Shown here in pieces: positions 25,167 through 39,323 of a stretch of 64,000 bases of DNA. Under the pieces are notes generated by a model. That model saw nothing but the letters and a program-made list of their open reading frames with translations, was not told the origin of the DNA and did no database searches. The stretch is from Octopus sinensis. Lineage: Eukaryota. The translations under genes and the position numbers were made by a program. The DNA lies in the NCBI RefSeq assembly GCF_006345805.1, contig NW_021833942.1, positions 1 through 64,000 of the forward strand. The letters run 5' to 3'. Each line of letters opens with the position of its first letter. Position 1 is the first letter of the stretch.

Positions 25167-25380
25167 AATCGTTTCTACAAGGCCTGAAATTTGGGGGCGG
25201 GGGGCGAGGTTGTAGGGAACCACAACGACCCCAGTACTCAACTTGTACTTATTTTAACGACTTCGAATAGATGAAAGGCAACGTCAACCTCGCGGAATTT
25301 GAACTCAGAATGTAAAGACGGATAAAATGCCAATAAGAATTTTGTCCGGCGTGCTAACGATTCTACCTGCTCGCCGCCTT
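25167..25380 (-). mobile_element. SINE family B
   Basis: Reverse complement of AGGCGGCGAGCAGGTAGAATCGTTAGCACGCCGG...GTTCAAATTCCGCGAGG. Confidence 0.85.
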
Positions 25381-25493
25381 AGATAATAATAATAATAATG
25401 ATAATGATAATAATAATAATAATATAATAATAATAATAATAATAATAATATAATAATAATAACAAATAGTAATAATAGTAATAATAATAGTAA

Positions 25494-25719
25494 GGCATGA
25501 TAAAAAATATTCAGACAAATACATAACAAAAACACCAGGACTTACAAACACATATAACATACAGAAAATTGCATTACTAGGCACTGTACACATCCTACGC
25601 AGAACACTTTCCATACAATAACCATCAGAGCATCACAACAAATCACAGCACATACCTAAGGCACACAGAACTGCGCTCGGTAGTGAAGTGAAAGCACGCT
25701 ATAAAAATAAAACTACTGA
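25494..25719 (+). mobile_element. R4/Dong-clade 3' end (family 1), second copy inside (TAA)n
   Basis: GMIK(K)YSDKYITKTPGLTNTYNIQKIALLGTVHILRRTLSIQ*; nearly identical to 22546-22727 with a different 5' truncation. Confidence 0.85.
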
Positions 25720-25737
25720 ATAATAATAATAATAATG

Positions 25738-25770
<33 letters not shown>

Positions 25771-25791
25771 GTAATAATAATAATAATGGTA

Positions 25792-25836
<45 letters not shown>

Positions 25837-26065
25837 GTAATTAGTATTATTATTATTAAAAAGCTAGATTATTAAATATATATTCTATACAAGAGAACTA
25901 GTAGTCTATCAATAATTATTGTATTTAGACATTAACTTATAATTTAAAATTAAGTTTACAACAATAAACATCAAAGTAAACTAATAGCTATTGTAGACTG
26001 CATTAAAGAGAACGTACATAAGGCATTTCAAACAACAATGGATGAAAAAAATATATATGCATATA

Positions 26066-26116
<51 letters not shown>

Positions 26117-26349
26117 ATTATATATATAATTATTCCAGGCATTTAATAATAAACTTAATAATAAACTAAACGAACTTGCAATATACAATAATTCAAATAA
26201 TTGTGGTCAGAATAGAGAAAAGGAAAAAGAAAAGAACCGTTTAAGTAAATGTAAAGTTTGAGATAAAGGACAGGAAGAAATTATGGGGTGGCGAGAAAAT
26301 GGTTTCGGTTTATGACTGTAACATGTCGAATCTAAAGTAGCACCGGGTT

Positions 26350-26950
26350 AAGATGAAGGCAACGAAGTGTATTTGGAGGAACTTTTCTAAAATAGCAGGC
26401 TGTTTTCAAATGACGATGCATAATGGAAGTTAGAAACTGCCCAAATAAAGATCACCACAGATGATTTGAGTGGTGAAGTGAGATTAGAAACAACAAAACA
26501 ACGATGGCGAGGCCACTTAGGGTACATTAGACTGTATAAAAGCAGGGAGGAGACTGAAGGTGAAAAGGAATTAGTTGACCCTAACAGGTAATATGACAGT
26601 TGCAATCAAAGTGAAGATGTGGTTGCACTGTGGGAAGGAAAAAAGATCATTAATTATGATTGTCAAATGCAAGCTACCCTCATTGAAAATATTTTTATGC
26701 TGTCAATGGGGAGTAAATTTGAGAAAGAGATTAGGGAAATACAAATGGCAACACGGGCGGAAGGAAGTAAAGAAAAAAAGAAAACAGTATAATAGCAAAA
26801 ACAGCTTGCGGAGCATCATAGAGAAAGTGGTTTTATAGATTGAGCGCGACTTGTTTCAGAACTGGAAAACACAATGTTTGATCTGTGCTTCGTATCAAGT
26901 CACATGTTAAGCATTGCGTCCATGGTTCAGACGCAACTAAATATATTTAG
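26350..26950 (+). mobile_element. Highly decayed LINE RT N-terminal region (tentative)
   Basis: One frame for ~200 codons with scattered stops; YLEELF, GHLGYIRLYKS, IFMLSMGSKFEKEI, ESGF loosely follow RT0-RT2 motifs. Confidence 0.3.
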
Positions 26951-28549
26951 GATTAGAAATGTAGTATGGTAGAATGTGCCATTCACTGCAGTAAAATACT
27001 TAATGAAAAGGTAGTTGACAATTCTCTCATTGACTGCATTGGTGAATTAACTATCTTTGAAGTAAAAGTTACCGTCATCTACAGGAGATTTGTCTCCAAT
27101 TTTGTTTAATGCTATTGAACCATATATGTTAAATACCGCTTAATAGAGCCTTCTGATCTGATAAACAATTCACAGGCAGAAAAATATAGAGTAATATTTT
27201 AGGGAAACATTTGCATTTCTAAAGAAAGTGGCTTTCTGGTCAGCAAAATGACAAAAAAACCTTTTCTATCAACAAAAGGAAACAAACAATTCAATATTCC
27301 ATTGGATTGTTATTAAATGATGCAAAGCTAAGAATGAAGCAAAGCAAAGCTTTGCATTGGTGAATATTTAAGAGTACGGCGTATATGAAAGTGGATTTGA
27401 AAGCCTTCTCACAAATACGACCGCAACAAACACTTCTCTCTGGCTGCTATTATTACATAGACTTGCAGGCATGAATACATACAACAAATATTCATCAAAA
27501 GGTGTAGATAAATTGCAGAAAGTGATATGGCTGCGATTATAAAACATCAATGCTGGCTTCTAAAAACATGTTACGAAATAACAACGCAAGTTGCTAATAG
27601 GAAATCAACAACAAACAACAACGAATTCCTTTGCGCATGTAGTTGCTGAATATTTGAGTGAAGTATTATTTGTAAAACTGTGGTAATAGTTTCAAACCAG
27701 ACCATGAATTAAGTAATATTAACATACAGCAAAATCATTCTCTATGTGATAATGAATGTCCCACGCACAATCCATTCTAATATTAATTATTATGCTACTG
27801 AATGAGAAAAGAGGGCCAATTGCCTTATCAAGAGCAAAGTAGGAAAGCATTCGATTGCTATAGAAAATTCGATCCAACTAAACACACAGTAAAAGAACTC
27901 TGTGATTGACATAAATATTGATGAGGAAAGCAAAGATCTGTCATGTTTGATAAAGTTTTTTCCCCCACTCTTAAGTGAGGAAAGAAACTCTGACAATGGT
28001 AAACTTAAAATTTATTTCATTGTTTTGTTCTTGTTGTGGTGCTTCGTGTATGTGTGTGTATGTGTGTGTGTGTGTGTGTGTTTGTGTGTGTGGATGTGGA
28101 TGTGTGGACTATTGCTGTATAAGTTTTGTATGATGTGCCTCGTGTTAGGTTTTTATAATTCCGGGAAGTGATTATATCGAGTAGGAAGCATGTAGCTGGT
28201 GTTAGATTATTGGATTACATGTGGGCAGATTAAGGAGAATTATTACAAGTTTGTGTATTTACCGTTGTTGATGCTTAATGCAACTAACAGCAGCCTGATA
28301 GCATTCTCAGCGAGGAAGGCTGCCCGCTGTTACGGACATGAGCGATTTCATGGATGATTTTTTTTGTGCTCACACCATAAATCTCATTAATGGTGGTTTT
28401 TATGAAATTATCTTTGTCGCTTTGGTGTTAATATTTTAGAAGCTCCGTTAATAATGATTCTAAACTTCAGTAGAAATACAAGGAGGATACAAGCATAGGA
28501 ATACAATCATATGTATCTACATAGCTACACATGTATATATATCTATATC

Positions 28550-28609
<60 letters not shown>

Positions 28610-28811
28610 ACTATATATATATATATATATATATATTACACACCACACACATATATATATGCCTAATCATTCGTACACAGGACATATATATATATATATA
28701 TATATATACCGGAGTAAACACATAAATGCGAAACAAGGTGGAAAAAAGAGTACTCAATACCAGTGGTAGAGTAATATGCTTTATTAAAGCAGCAGAAAAT
28801 TCAACAAAACC

Positions 28812-28872
28812 TGTTACTCTGAGTTTCCAGGAAAAACTGTCCGACGAACGGAACGGGAAACTCAGAGTAACA
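28812..28872 (+). ncRNA. 17-bp perfect inverted repeat enclosing a minimal type I hammerhead-like motif (Penelope-type terminus)
   Basis: TGTTACTCTGAGTTTCC / GGAAACTCAGAGTAACA; CTGT-CCGACGA-ACGGAACGG-GAA-ACTCAGAGT-A-ACA. Confidence 0.55.
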
Positions 28873-30154
28873 AGTTTGTGAATTTCTGATGCTTTAAATA
28901 AAGTATACATGTATATATATATGTATATAGTGTATATATATATATATAGTGTATATATATATATATATATACACATATATATATGTATATATATATATAT
29001 AATATATATATATAATATAATAAATACAAGCAAACAATAATACACACAATCCATGACAGGTTTGTGCCAGGTCCAGTGTAAGAGCTTCCGGTAATTGCAT
29101 GACCCGATCGAAATAGCAGTCGAATAACCATCGAATCTGACAATCTCGCAAAAAAAAGAAAAAAAAGAAATCGAAGATTGAACTAGATAACGTAGGAATC
29201 CTTGACCATTGGTCAGTTTAATCAGAGCTGAACTTATCTACGCTAAACAATAGAGCCACCACCACCACCACCACCACCACCATTATCACCACCGTCTCAA
29301 CTATCACTACCAAAACCACGACTACCACGACGACCACTTCCACCGCAACCACCCCCAACAACAGCTATACATTGCTTTCGTTTTAAATCCAGTCATGTCT
29401 GTCATGTCCAAAACAGAAACATGACTCGCGATATGAAACATGTATTCTGTAAACACTTGCCATGTTGACTCTAAACAATTTGCCATTATCAGCAGATAAA
29501 TTGGCAGAAGCGATTTACAATGTATCTTTACTACAGTCTGAATTCAAATCAATAGAGAGATCAATTTTGATTTTCCTCTTCTCCTTGTAATCAATAAAAG
29601 ATACGAGGAATAGAATATGCTAAATTTGATATAATTAAATATATGCAACCGAAAAACTAAATCCTGCTGCGTGAAAAAGCAAAGAAAATGAAAACAGCAA
29701 AGAACCCGAGAAATGACAAAAGGAAATATTGCGTTTGTATGAGTTAATTGTTCGTATGTTTTTAAGTTTCCAAACATTAAATTAGAAACAAGCAAAAATA
29801 GAAATAAAACAAAGGGAAAATCATCGCACAGAACATTGGATTGAATGTGGAGATCGATTCACGTATATAGATTTATATATTTACGAGAATGCTGTGACAT
29901 TTATTGAAAGCTACTTAAGTAAATAGAGAATTAATTATATTGTATGATCAGGCATGTCCGAATATTTATGCAAAGATATTGCGAATATTCTAATGCTTCA
30001 ATTCTAAGGAGAAGAACATAAATAACAAAGAAAAACATCATCATCAGCGCAAAAGCTGGAAATCCAAAATTCCAATAAACATCATTTAAATTACACTCTC
30101 AAGCATGAAAGGGAAAAGAACTGGAAAGCAGATAACGGCATGAACATGAAGAAG

Positions 30155-30425
<271 letters not shown>

Positions 30426-31403
30426 GTGCATGCATGTATACATACAATCATACACACATATACACACAAACGCACACACATATTCATATACTATATATAC
30501 ATATATACATATACACATACACACATAAAAACACAGGTCTCTGTATATATATGAAAACATATATAAAATGTGTGCGTTTGTGTGTGTGCATGCCTGTACG
30601 TTTGTATGTGTATGAATGTACGATTGTTTCTATGTAATTGTCAACGATATGTATAGATATAAACTGGAAATGCATTAATTACAGAGTGCGCATTTTATAA
30701 AGGATTTCAAGCGCTTGGAACTGAAAGTGGTGTTAACTGGAACTCCACGTTAGCGTTGATTGAAACAAGTGTAAAATAGAATCGCCGTGATAAAGTAGAA
30801 GCAAAATATTCGGTGTAATACAACGCTTACCACTTGCATTTATTCACCTGCAGAAATGCATGTTCATGGCTTCTCAATAATCTATGTGAAACTCGTTTAA
30901 CAAAGTTGACAGCTGTTGATAATGAAATTTTAATGTTGAAGAATAAATACACGTTTTGTAATTCTATGAACATGTTTCTCTGTACAACAAATATATGTTC
31001 TCGTATTTGTACAAACATATTACACTGTGTGACAAAAATATGTCCTTGTATATCTATGAACATATTTCAACGGATGACAAATATATATTATACACAAAAC
31101 AACTATTTTTGACAGTCTGGAGTTTCAAATCCTTTTATATATATCAACATAAACGTCTTCAACAATCAATTGACTCCGACGTTTGGTTAAAGTTTGTAAT
31201 GATTTACTTTTACCAAAAACAGCCATTTCACCATTTGGCAAGATTAAATGTAAGGCAAGATCTGTTCTCTGACGTAACTCTCATCTCCATGCATAGTCTG
31301 CTACATTGCGTTAAAAGGCTAGCTAAGTTTCCCTAAATTGAGGTTGTCATGAAAACTACGGCCATCTTAACTATTTTACTTCACGCACGCTTACATTGAA
31401 AGA

Positions 31404-31786
31404 GGAGGCGCAATGGCCCAGTGGTTAGGGCAGCGGACTCGCGGTCATAAGATCGCGGATTCGATTCCCAGACCGGGCGTTGTGAGTGTTTATTGAGCGA
31501 AAACACCTAAAGCTCCACGAGGCTCCGGCAGGGGATGGTGGTGATCCCTGCTGTACTCTTTCACCACTACTTTCTCTCACTCTTACTTCCTGTTTCTGTT
31601 GTACCTTGTATTTCAAAGGGCCGGCCTTGTCACTCTCTGTGTCACGCTGAATATCCCCGGGAGCTACGTTAAGGTTACACATGTCTGTGGAGTGCTCAGC
31701 CACTTACACGTTAATTTCACGAGCAGGCTGTTCCGTTGATTCGGATCAACCGGAACCCTCGTCGTCGTAACCGACGGAGTGCTTCC
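31404..31786 (+). mobile_element. SINE family R, full length
   Basis: TSD ACATTGAAAGA at 31393-31403 and 31788-31798. Confidence 0.92.
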
Positions 31787-31799
31787 CACATTGAAAGAA

Positions 31800-32175
31800 A
31801 CGAGAATTATCGGAACCACCTAACATCTGACCGCCTAACTCCCCATACGGCAACCCCCTTGATTTTTATGCGATGGGCACAGTTGAGCGAGAGACCAACA
31901 GAGCTCCTTGTAGCACCAAAGATGAACTGAAGTCAAGGATTATGGCAGCATTCAACAACCTAAGCAAGGAGAGCATCGATAAGAGTTAAAAGAGATTCCG
32001 AAGAAGTCTGGAAGTTGTGGTTGAAGCCAATGGCGATTTTATTGAATAAATTTACTCATTAGTATTTCAAGATATCTTTATGTAATATTATATGTAAATA
32101 TATCTTTTAAAATGTGATGTCAGTGTTATTTTCATTTTTGCGTAATGCAGACGACAATATATTCACCGCACCGTA
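31800..32175 (+). mobile_element. Mariner (maT/DD37D-like) 3' end with terminal repeat
   Basis: ERETNRAPCSTKDELKSRIMAAFNNLSKE...LEVVVEANGDFIE*; ends ATTCACCGCACCGTA; same family as 19402-20400. Confidence 0.8.
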
Positions 32176-32221
<46 letters not shown>

Positions 32222-32258
32222 TATGCACAAGCATACGCTATTGTGGAACAGCGTTAGT

Positions 32259-32412
32259 TTTCAACATCGCATAGGTGGCTAAATAAAGCCTTGTTAACCC
32301 ACGGTAAAAATGTGTGTGTATACTCTCACACACACACTTTCAAAATTGCATAGGTGGCTAAATAAAGCCTTGTTAACCCACGGTAAAAATGTGTGTATAT
32401 ACTCACACACAC
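32259..32412. repeat. ~80-bp tandem duplication
   Basis: GCATAGGTGGCTAAATAAAGCCTTGTTAACCCACGGTAAAAATGTGTG occurs twice. Confidence 0.9.
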
Positions 32413-33744
32413 ATACACACACACACATACACACAAACACATACATACGTATATATGCCACGCTGTTATCCATAACACCTAACTAAATTGCTAATTTGTT
32501 TTCTGAGTGGTTATACGTATGAAATTTTTGTAGATGCGTATGTTATACAAAAATGGGACTGTCGTCTATAAATATAATATTTGGAGGTGGGTGGAGAAGG
32601 ACTAATATTCATTGTTCCGCATCTACCTAGCTTGTAGTAGTAGTAGTAGTAGTAGTTGTAGTAGTAGTCGTAACAATACCAATTCTTCTTAGTTTTCGAG
32701 GAAAAGGTTAAGAGCAGATTCATCTCTAAGAGAATACACCGAAGCAGCAGATTTAACTGTAACATCCTGGGAGACAGGGGGAATAGCAGTATGTATCACT
32801 TAGCAACTAGATATCACCAAGACAACTGTTCTAATGGCAACTGTAGCAGCGCTCGCCGTAGCAGCTACACTCGTTCTTTGCTCAACATTACTAGCAGCAT
32901 CAATAGTAGTTGTAATAGTAGCAGTAGAAGTAATAGTAGCAAGAGTAGTCATGAAATATTAAATGGGGTAAGAAATTCATTTCGGAAAATATGTAAGATC
33001 GACATAGATGTTGGTTTTTTTTTGTAAACAGGATGGCAGAAGAATTCTAGAAATCTGCGACAATATGCGTGATCGATTTTCAAGTAATAACACCGAAGCT
33101 GGAGTGGAATAAATTAATTAGGATGTGTTATATTCTTTGGTTTTAGGGGGAAAATCGCAGGAAAGTAAAAAAACAAAATGCGAAAAGATGCACACACATA
33201 CACACACATATACACACACACATACACACACACTCACATACAAAACACACACACACAGAGGCACATGTTATATACGTGTATAGATACGTACACGTAGAGA
33301 CAGTCACACAAATTCACAGCACACACATAGACACGTGCACAAACACACGCGTGTATATACACACTGTTACGTTATATGCACACATACCACACATATATAT
33401 ATATGTGAGTCTATATATTATATATATAATATATATATAATATATAATATATAGACTCACATATATATATATATATATATAGACTCACACACACATATAT
33501 ATATATATATATATTTGTGTGCGTAAATGTCTGTGGTTTAGTGGTGAGAGCGTTGGGTTCATGATCACAAGATCGCGAGTTCCATTCCTTGTCTGTTCGG
33601 CGCATTGATCCTTGGTCGAAGCATTCTATTCCCAGTTGCTCCGTTCTGCTACTCCTCTGATAAAATCACCGATTAAGAGGAAAACAATGATTTCACTTAC
33701 TAAGGAAATACTCATCATCATCGTCATCATTATTTTCATGATAT

Positions 33745-33796
33745 TAATAGTATCACTATTATTATTATTATTATTATTATCATCATCATCATCATC

Positions 33797-33827
<31 letters not shown>

Positions 33828-34165
33828 TTATTATATTATTATTTTATTATATCATCATCATCATCATCATTATTATTATTATTATTATCATCATCATCAT
33901 CATCATTATTATTATATTATTATCATCATCATCATCATCATATTATTATTATTATTCTTATATATTATTATTATTATTATTATTATTCTTATTATTATTC
34001 TTATCATCATCATCATCATCATTATTATTATATTATTATTATTATTATTATTTTATTATTTATTATTATTATTATTATATCATCATCATCATCATCATCA
34101 TTATTATTATTATTATTATCATCATCATCATCATCATTATTATTATTATATTATTATTATTATTA
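33745..34165. repeat. (ATT)/(ATC) compound microsatellite
   Basis: Direct reading. Confidence 0.93.
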
Positions 34166-35094
34166 ACAATAATAACAAAACAACAATCAAATCACAAAAA
34201 ATAAGAATAAAATTAAGATAGGGAAATTATATGTGGTCATTGGATATGCTAGAAATAGCAGCCAAAGGCGAAGGATTTGAGGTCATCTAGGGCCTTACGT
34301 CTCCCCAACACTACAATGGCAACTAAAGACAGTATACCCCAGACTTTGTAACATGCTATCAGCTCGCTTTGCCTGGCACTTTGGGCAAGTGTGTTCTACT
34401 ATAGATCCGGGGCTCACCAATGCCTTATGAGTGTATTTTGTATCCCGTCATATATATATATATATATATATATAATAAGAATGAATGTTTTTATATATAC
34501 ATGAACGTGAAATACAGGAAGGGACGAACACGGAACACAGACAAATCATTCGAAGCCTTCACTTCTTCAGTCAGACACCGAATCATCATAGCAAATTTCG
34601 GCTGTTCAATTCTGATATTTGCTCCAACTCGGCCAGCCCAAGAAAAAAAACTAAGCTGTAAGCATTAGATTTCTTGGTAGAAGACAGGAATGTGAACGCA
34701 CAAGACGGATGTGAATACAAGAGACGAATATATATATATATATACGCACACATATATATATATATAAATCATTGAATGCGGATTCAACTAGTGCAGTGGT
34801 ACTCATGAAAAAAACTGCTTAATATATTCTATAAAACATATAGAATGTATAGAATACGATAGAAAAGGAAAACTAAAGGACTGTATAATATTATGAATAA
34901 CGAGAGAAATATATTTTAATAAAATACATTTTACCATTACTTAAATAAGAATATACGATGGTAAAATGAAAATATTCAGTAGTAAAATACATCGTATCAT
35001 TATATATTTCTCTCCCCTATCTCTAAATATAGATAATATATATATATAATTATATATATATATATATATATAGATATATAATTATATATATTAT

Positions 35095-35320
35095 ATACTA
35101 TAATTAGAGACAAAACCACTATTTTGCAAAACTATTTTTACTTTTTATTTTTTATTTTTTACTTTTTATTAAAATTTTATGTATTGATTAAGTCTTTCCT
35201 TGTTTGTTTTGCAAAATAGGGGTTTTGTCTCTAATTAATATTATATAATATTTTACTATAAAATTGGATTAATCCTAAATCTGATTTTTTCCCTGTAAAT
35301 TTGGATTTATTCCCTATATA
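35095..35320 (-). mobile_element. (TA)n-flanked element with internal ~31-bp inverted repeat
   Basis: AATTAGAGACAAAACCACTATTTTGCAAAAC (35102) vs GTTTTGCAAAATAGGGGTTTTGTCTCTAATT (~35207-35237), 1 mismatch. Confidence 0.7.
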
Positions 35321-35346
35321 TTATATATTATATATATATATACTAT

Positions 35347-35393
<47 letters not shown>

Positions 35394-35621
35394 GTGTGGT
35401 GTGTGTTGTATTTACATAGATGTGAATGCCTGTTTGTACTCTCCCCAGTTTGATAACCCCTGTTGATTTGTTTACGTTCCTATAGTTCGACAAAATTGAT
35501 TGATAAAGTACCCTTTAAAAAGGAATAAGTACCGTGGTCAATCTCTTCGGCTGAATCACTTCATAGCAGTCTTCCATCTGTGCCACGCCCCAATGAAGGT
35601 AACAAAGGATAACGTGCACTC

Positions 35622-36320
35622 TCTGACCTTTTGTCAACCCCAAATAACCTTAAAATATGGGTCAAATAAAAGACCCATCCTGTCCCACACTGCTTGCAGT
35701 GTGGAGCAACTTTTTACTCCCTGAATCATATTCTGACCGGATGCTCTGGGGTATTGGGAAAAAGGTGATGCACGTGGAGGCATGACAAGACTCTTGCCGA
35801 AATTTAGAAGTGGACTGATCTGCAAAGGGTGAAGAGTAATGAATACCAGCCACCACCACCACCACCACCACCAAAGGGCATCAAATTTGTAAAGATCCAA
35901 GACGAAAAACAATAGTAGGGTACCCGTTTCCTGTCTTGTGCTCTGCTTCAGACAGTGAAATGCAAGTGGACCTGCAGGGTAGACTTGCCTTCCCAAAAGA
36001 GACAATGGTAACAACATTCCGATCCGACATGGTATACAAAGACCAGGTATGCAAAAGCAACCATCATGGTTGAACTCCCAATGCCATGGCAGGGCAGACT
36101 CGAGGTTTCGCACGAGATAAAGTAAACGAAATATCAAGACTTAGTCGACAAGGCCCTTGTCAAGGGATGGCATGTGGCTTCATTACCCCTTGTAGTCGAC
36201 TGCTACGGCTTTCCAGCTGTATCATGCAGAAGATAGAATGGAGTCCAAATAAATGGAGAAAGTCATGAAGGAGGGCACGACAGCCGAAACTAGCTGTGAC
36301 TATAGTCGATAGAAGACCGC
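35622..36320 (+). mobile_element. Decayed HERO-like (R2 superfamily) CCHC + restriction-like endonuclease region
   Basis: DLLSTPNNLKIW..C..CG..SLNHILTGC..WRHDKTL; IKFVK; MQVDLQGRLAFP..TTFRSDMV; IMVELPMPWQGRLE..KYQDLV..KGW..PLVVDCYGFP. Confidence 0.85.
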
Positions 36321-36846
36321 AAGGGAACCCCTTCCGTAGCTGAAGACTAGTTCTTTCCTCGAGACCCACACAAGCGAAGCGTATAGGTTAAGGGTTAAAA
36401 TGCTTGTGAGCCTGAGATATCTGCCGACAACAGGGAAGGAGAAGTATTTCCATCATTACAATGAATTTAAAAGAACTTTAAAATCCTCTGAGTAGGTCAA
36501 GCACTTTCCACACGGGGTTAAGCATCTCTATTGTTTATTTCACTTGTAATGTGTGTTTGTGTGTGTGTGTGTATGTATGTGTGTGTGTGTGTGCGTGCGT
36601 GCGTGTGTGTGCGTGTGTTTGTGTGTGACAAGTGGAAAATCTCCGAAGTCTGAGCTTGCGATAGAATTCCGATTGCTTCTATGCCGTATATCCCCCCACC
36701 AACCGCCATCTACTACACGAAATACACGCCGTATCAGACTCCTATCTTACAATTTCAGATTCAAATAATTCCGTGATTGTTTTGATCCTAATCCCTTCTC
36801 TCTTTATAAAATAAATACTAACCTTACGCTGTATAATCCTCTTCAG

Positions 36847-36909
36847 GTTTAGCTGGCGATAAATTAGCTTCGAGATTTCTACATGCACACAAATACACAC
36901 TGTCATCTT
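36847..36909 (+). CDS. Candidate 63-nt symmetric exon (LAGDKLASRFLHAHKYTLSS); overlaps a minus-strand candidate 36828-36878
   Basis: TACTAAC branch point, TCCTCTTCAG acceptor, /GTAAGT donor, one open frame. Confidence 0.3.
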
Positions 36910-37160
36910 GTAAGTGTGGAGACTCTTTTAGAGTTCTCTCCCCCTTTCTCTCTTACTTATGCGTGTGTGTCAGTGTGTTCACATGCGTGCATACGGACGT
37001 GTGTAAGTGCGTGTGAGCGTGTGTATGCGTGTGTGCGCGCGTGTGTAAGAGGATGGGTGTGTATGTCTGTCATAGGACCTCTTCCAGTTTACATTATAAT
37101 TCAGTCATGGTCACCAGTTACAGTTATTTTGTTTTATTGTGCTTGGGAAAGGCATGACCA

Positions 37161-37545
37161 TTGTAGCTTGCTAACCAACCACATGGTTCTGGGTTCAGTT
37201 CCACTGCGTGGCATCTTGGGCAAGTGTCTTCTGCTATAGCCCCGGGCCGACCAATGCCTTGTGAGTGGATTTGGTAGACGGAAACTGAAAAAAGCCCGTC
37301 GTATATATATGTATAAATATATATATATATGTATGTGTGTGTGTTTGTCCCCCTAGCATTGCTTGACAACTGATACTGGTGTGTTTATGTCCCCGTTACT
37401 TAGCGGTTCGGCAAAAGAGACCGATAGAATAAGTACTGGGCTTACAAAGAATAAGTTCCGGGGTCGATTTGCTCGACTAAAGGCGGTGCTCTAGCATGGC
37501 CGCAGTCAAATGACTGAAACAAATAAAAGAGTAAAAGAGTAACGA
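37161..37545 (+). mobile_element. SINE family A, slightly 5'-truncated
   Basis: Matches 1162-1584. Confidence 0.9.
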
Positions 37546-38017
37546 GTAAAGAGTATATGATTGGTGCACCTGGTAAAATGAATTATATGAAGAGTGCACG
37601 ATAAATTATATAAACGTTTATATTAAATAGGAATGGTAAGAGGTGCAAAGGTAAGGAGTATTTTTGACAGGACGAGGTTTGGCCCTTTTTCAGGAAGCGT
37701 CTTCCCTATAGACCAACAATACAAAAATGCATAGACGGTGTGAGAGAACAACAAACAGGGTATTGATTGGTAGCTCGTTGTCTTTACAACACAAGCGCGC
37801 GCACACACACGCGCACGCACACGTACCCTACACTTCAGCTGCACCTCTCCTACCCATGGATTACACTGGACTCTTCCATTGATGAGAAATCGCTTTTGAA
37901 CCTTTTGAATTTTTCTCAACTTTTTTGTACTTTCTAAACTATTCTGTTCTTTCTGCTTTTTCCTATTGTCGTTTCTTCCTCCTCTGGTTGTTCTACACCT
38001 CTGTCCAGCATTCGCCA

Positions 38018-38180
38018 TGATAGATCGCTAGCCACTACACATTCTTTATTTTCTCTCCCTGTTTCATTCTGTGTTCCTCTCTGTGGAAGAGCGTAGGCTC
38101 GAAACGTTAAAGACTTTCACTTCCCAAGCGTTAAACTAATACATCCGTTTGTTGTCTACACCAATTTTCTTCGTCTTTTG
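38018..38180 (+). mobile_element. Penelope-type terminal unit with hammerhead-like motif (38076-38114)
   Basis: GATCGCTAGCCACTA...CTGTGGA-A-GAGC-GTAG-GCTC-GAAACGTTAAAGAC; homologous to 45150-45340. Confidence 0.65.
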
Positions 38181-38264
38181 TTCTTTTGTGAATTCTCCCC
38201 CTCTCTCTCTCCACACACACACACATATATATACATACATACATACATACATACATACACACAC

Positions 38265-38297
<33 letters not shown>

Positions 38298-39284
38298 CAG
38301 AGAAGCCTCGAAATGAGTCTATACGCCTACATATGGCCTTTAGCTTTTATCCCTCTGTATCTACCTGTTTCTCTCTCTCTCTCTGTCTCCCTCTCTCTCC
38401 ATACGCTTAATATGATATAGCATGTGTATGTGAGTCGGAGATTGTCACAAAAATCAGTCGCGTCACAATAAAAGAAACGAATCGAATTAGTTTCAGGTCT
38501 TGTGAGGATTTGAGATGAGAGCGAAGCAGGAAGATCGTTCTGATTGAAACCTATTAAAGTCTACAGTTTGATATTTTCTTTCATTGATGCTGTATACGAG
38601 AAAAGTTCATTTCGACTGCGGAGAAATTCGATTTAAAGTTACAACAAAATCGAAATCAACTTTTTAAAAAATAATGGCCCTTTGTTCTTGGCAGAAACCT
38701 GTTTTATTAAAACGGTGATTGAGCTCTGAAGATAGAGAGCGTTCACGTAATTCTGTATATATGAAAGCACCTGCAAGATTTTTAGAGGATCTTGTTTATT
38801 TAACAATAACCCACAACATTTCTTGAGATAATTTGGATGTTATAATTCTCTTTCTCATTCTTCATAGATTGCTGACAATATCTCCTCATTTTCCGCCTTC
38901 TGGCACAATTATATATATTTTTTCTTGTATTTCTTTCTTTGACAATTCTTATTTATTTTTCTTTATTTAAATAATTATTATTTCAAACCGAAAGTACAGC
39001 ATATTATTTTGGAAAGCTGTCCCTCATTATGAAAATAGCGGTCTTTGTATTGAGCCAATTAATAGGCCGCCTGCATTCATCTAATGGCTTCCTCAACCGT
39101 CTTAGCCCCAAGTTCAGGATTTAAGTTGAAAGTTGAGATTCCATTAATTGAGAATTCACTTTATATGTGTGTGTGTGTGTGGGTGTGTGTATGTATACAG
39201 TATGCATGAATTCATGTGAGTGTTTGTATATGTATGATGTGCATATACAAATATACATCAGTATATATACGTATGTATATGTAA

Positions 39285-39323
<39 letters not shown>

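Noticed and set aside
30830-30846. 17-nt minus micro-exon (VNKCK) with CTGCAG/GTAAGC sites
   Set aside because: Weak pyrimidine tract, not 3n, no independent support
33032-33083. Plus exon candidate DGRRILEICDNMRDRFS; similar candidates near 11350, 37694, 63285 and 63741
   Set aside because: Weak donors or in-frame stops just beyond; consistent with background splice-site frequency
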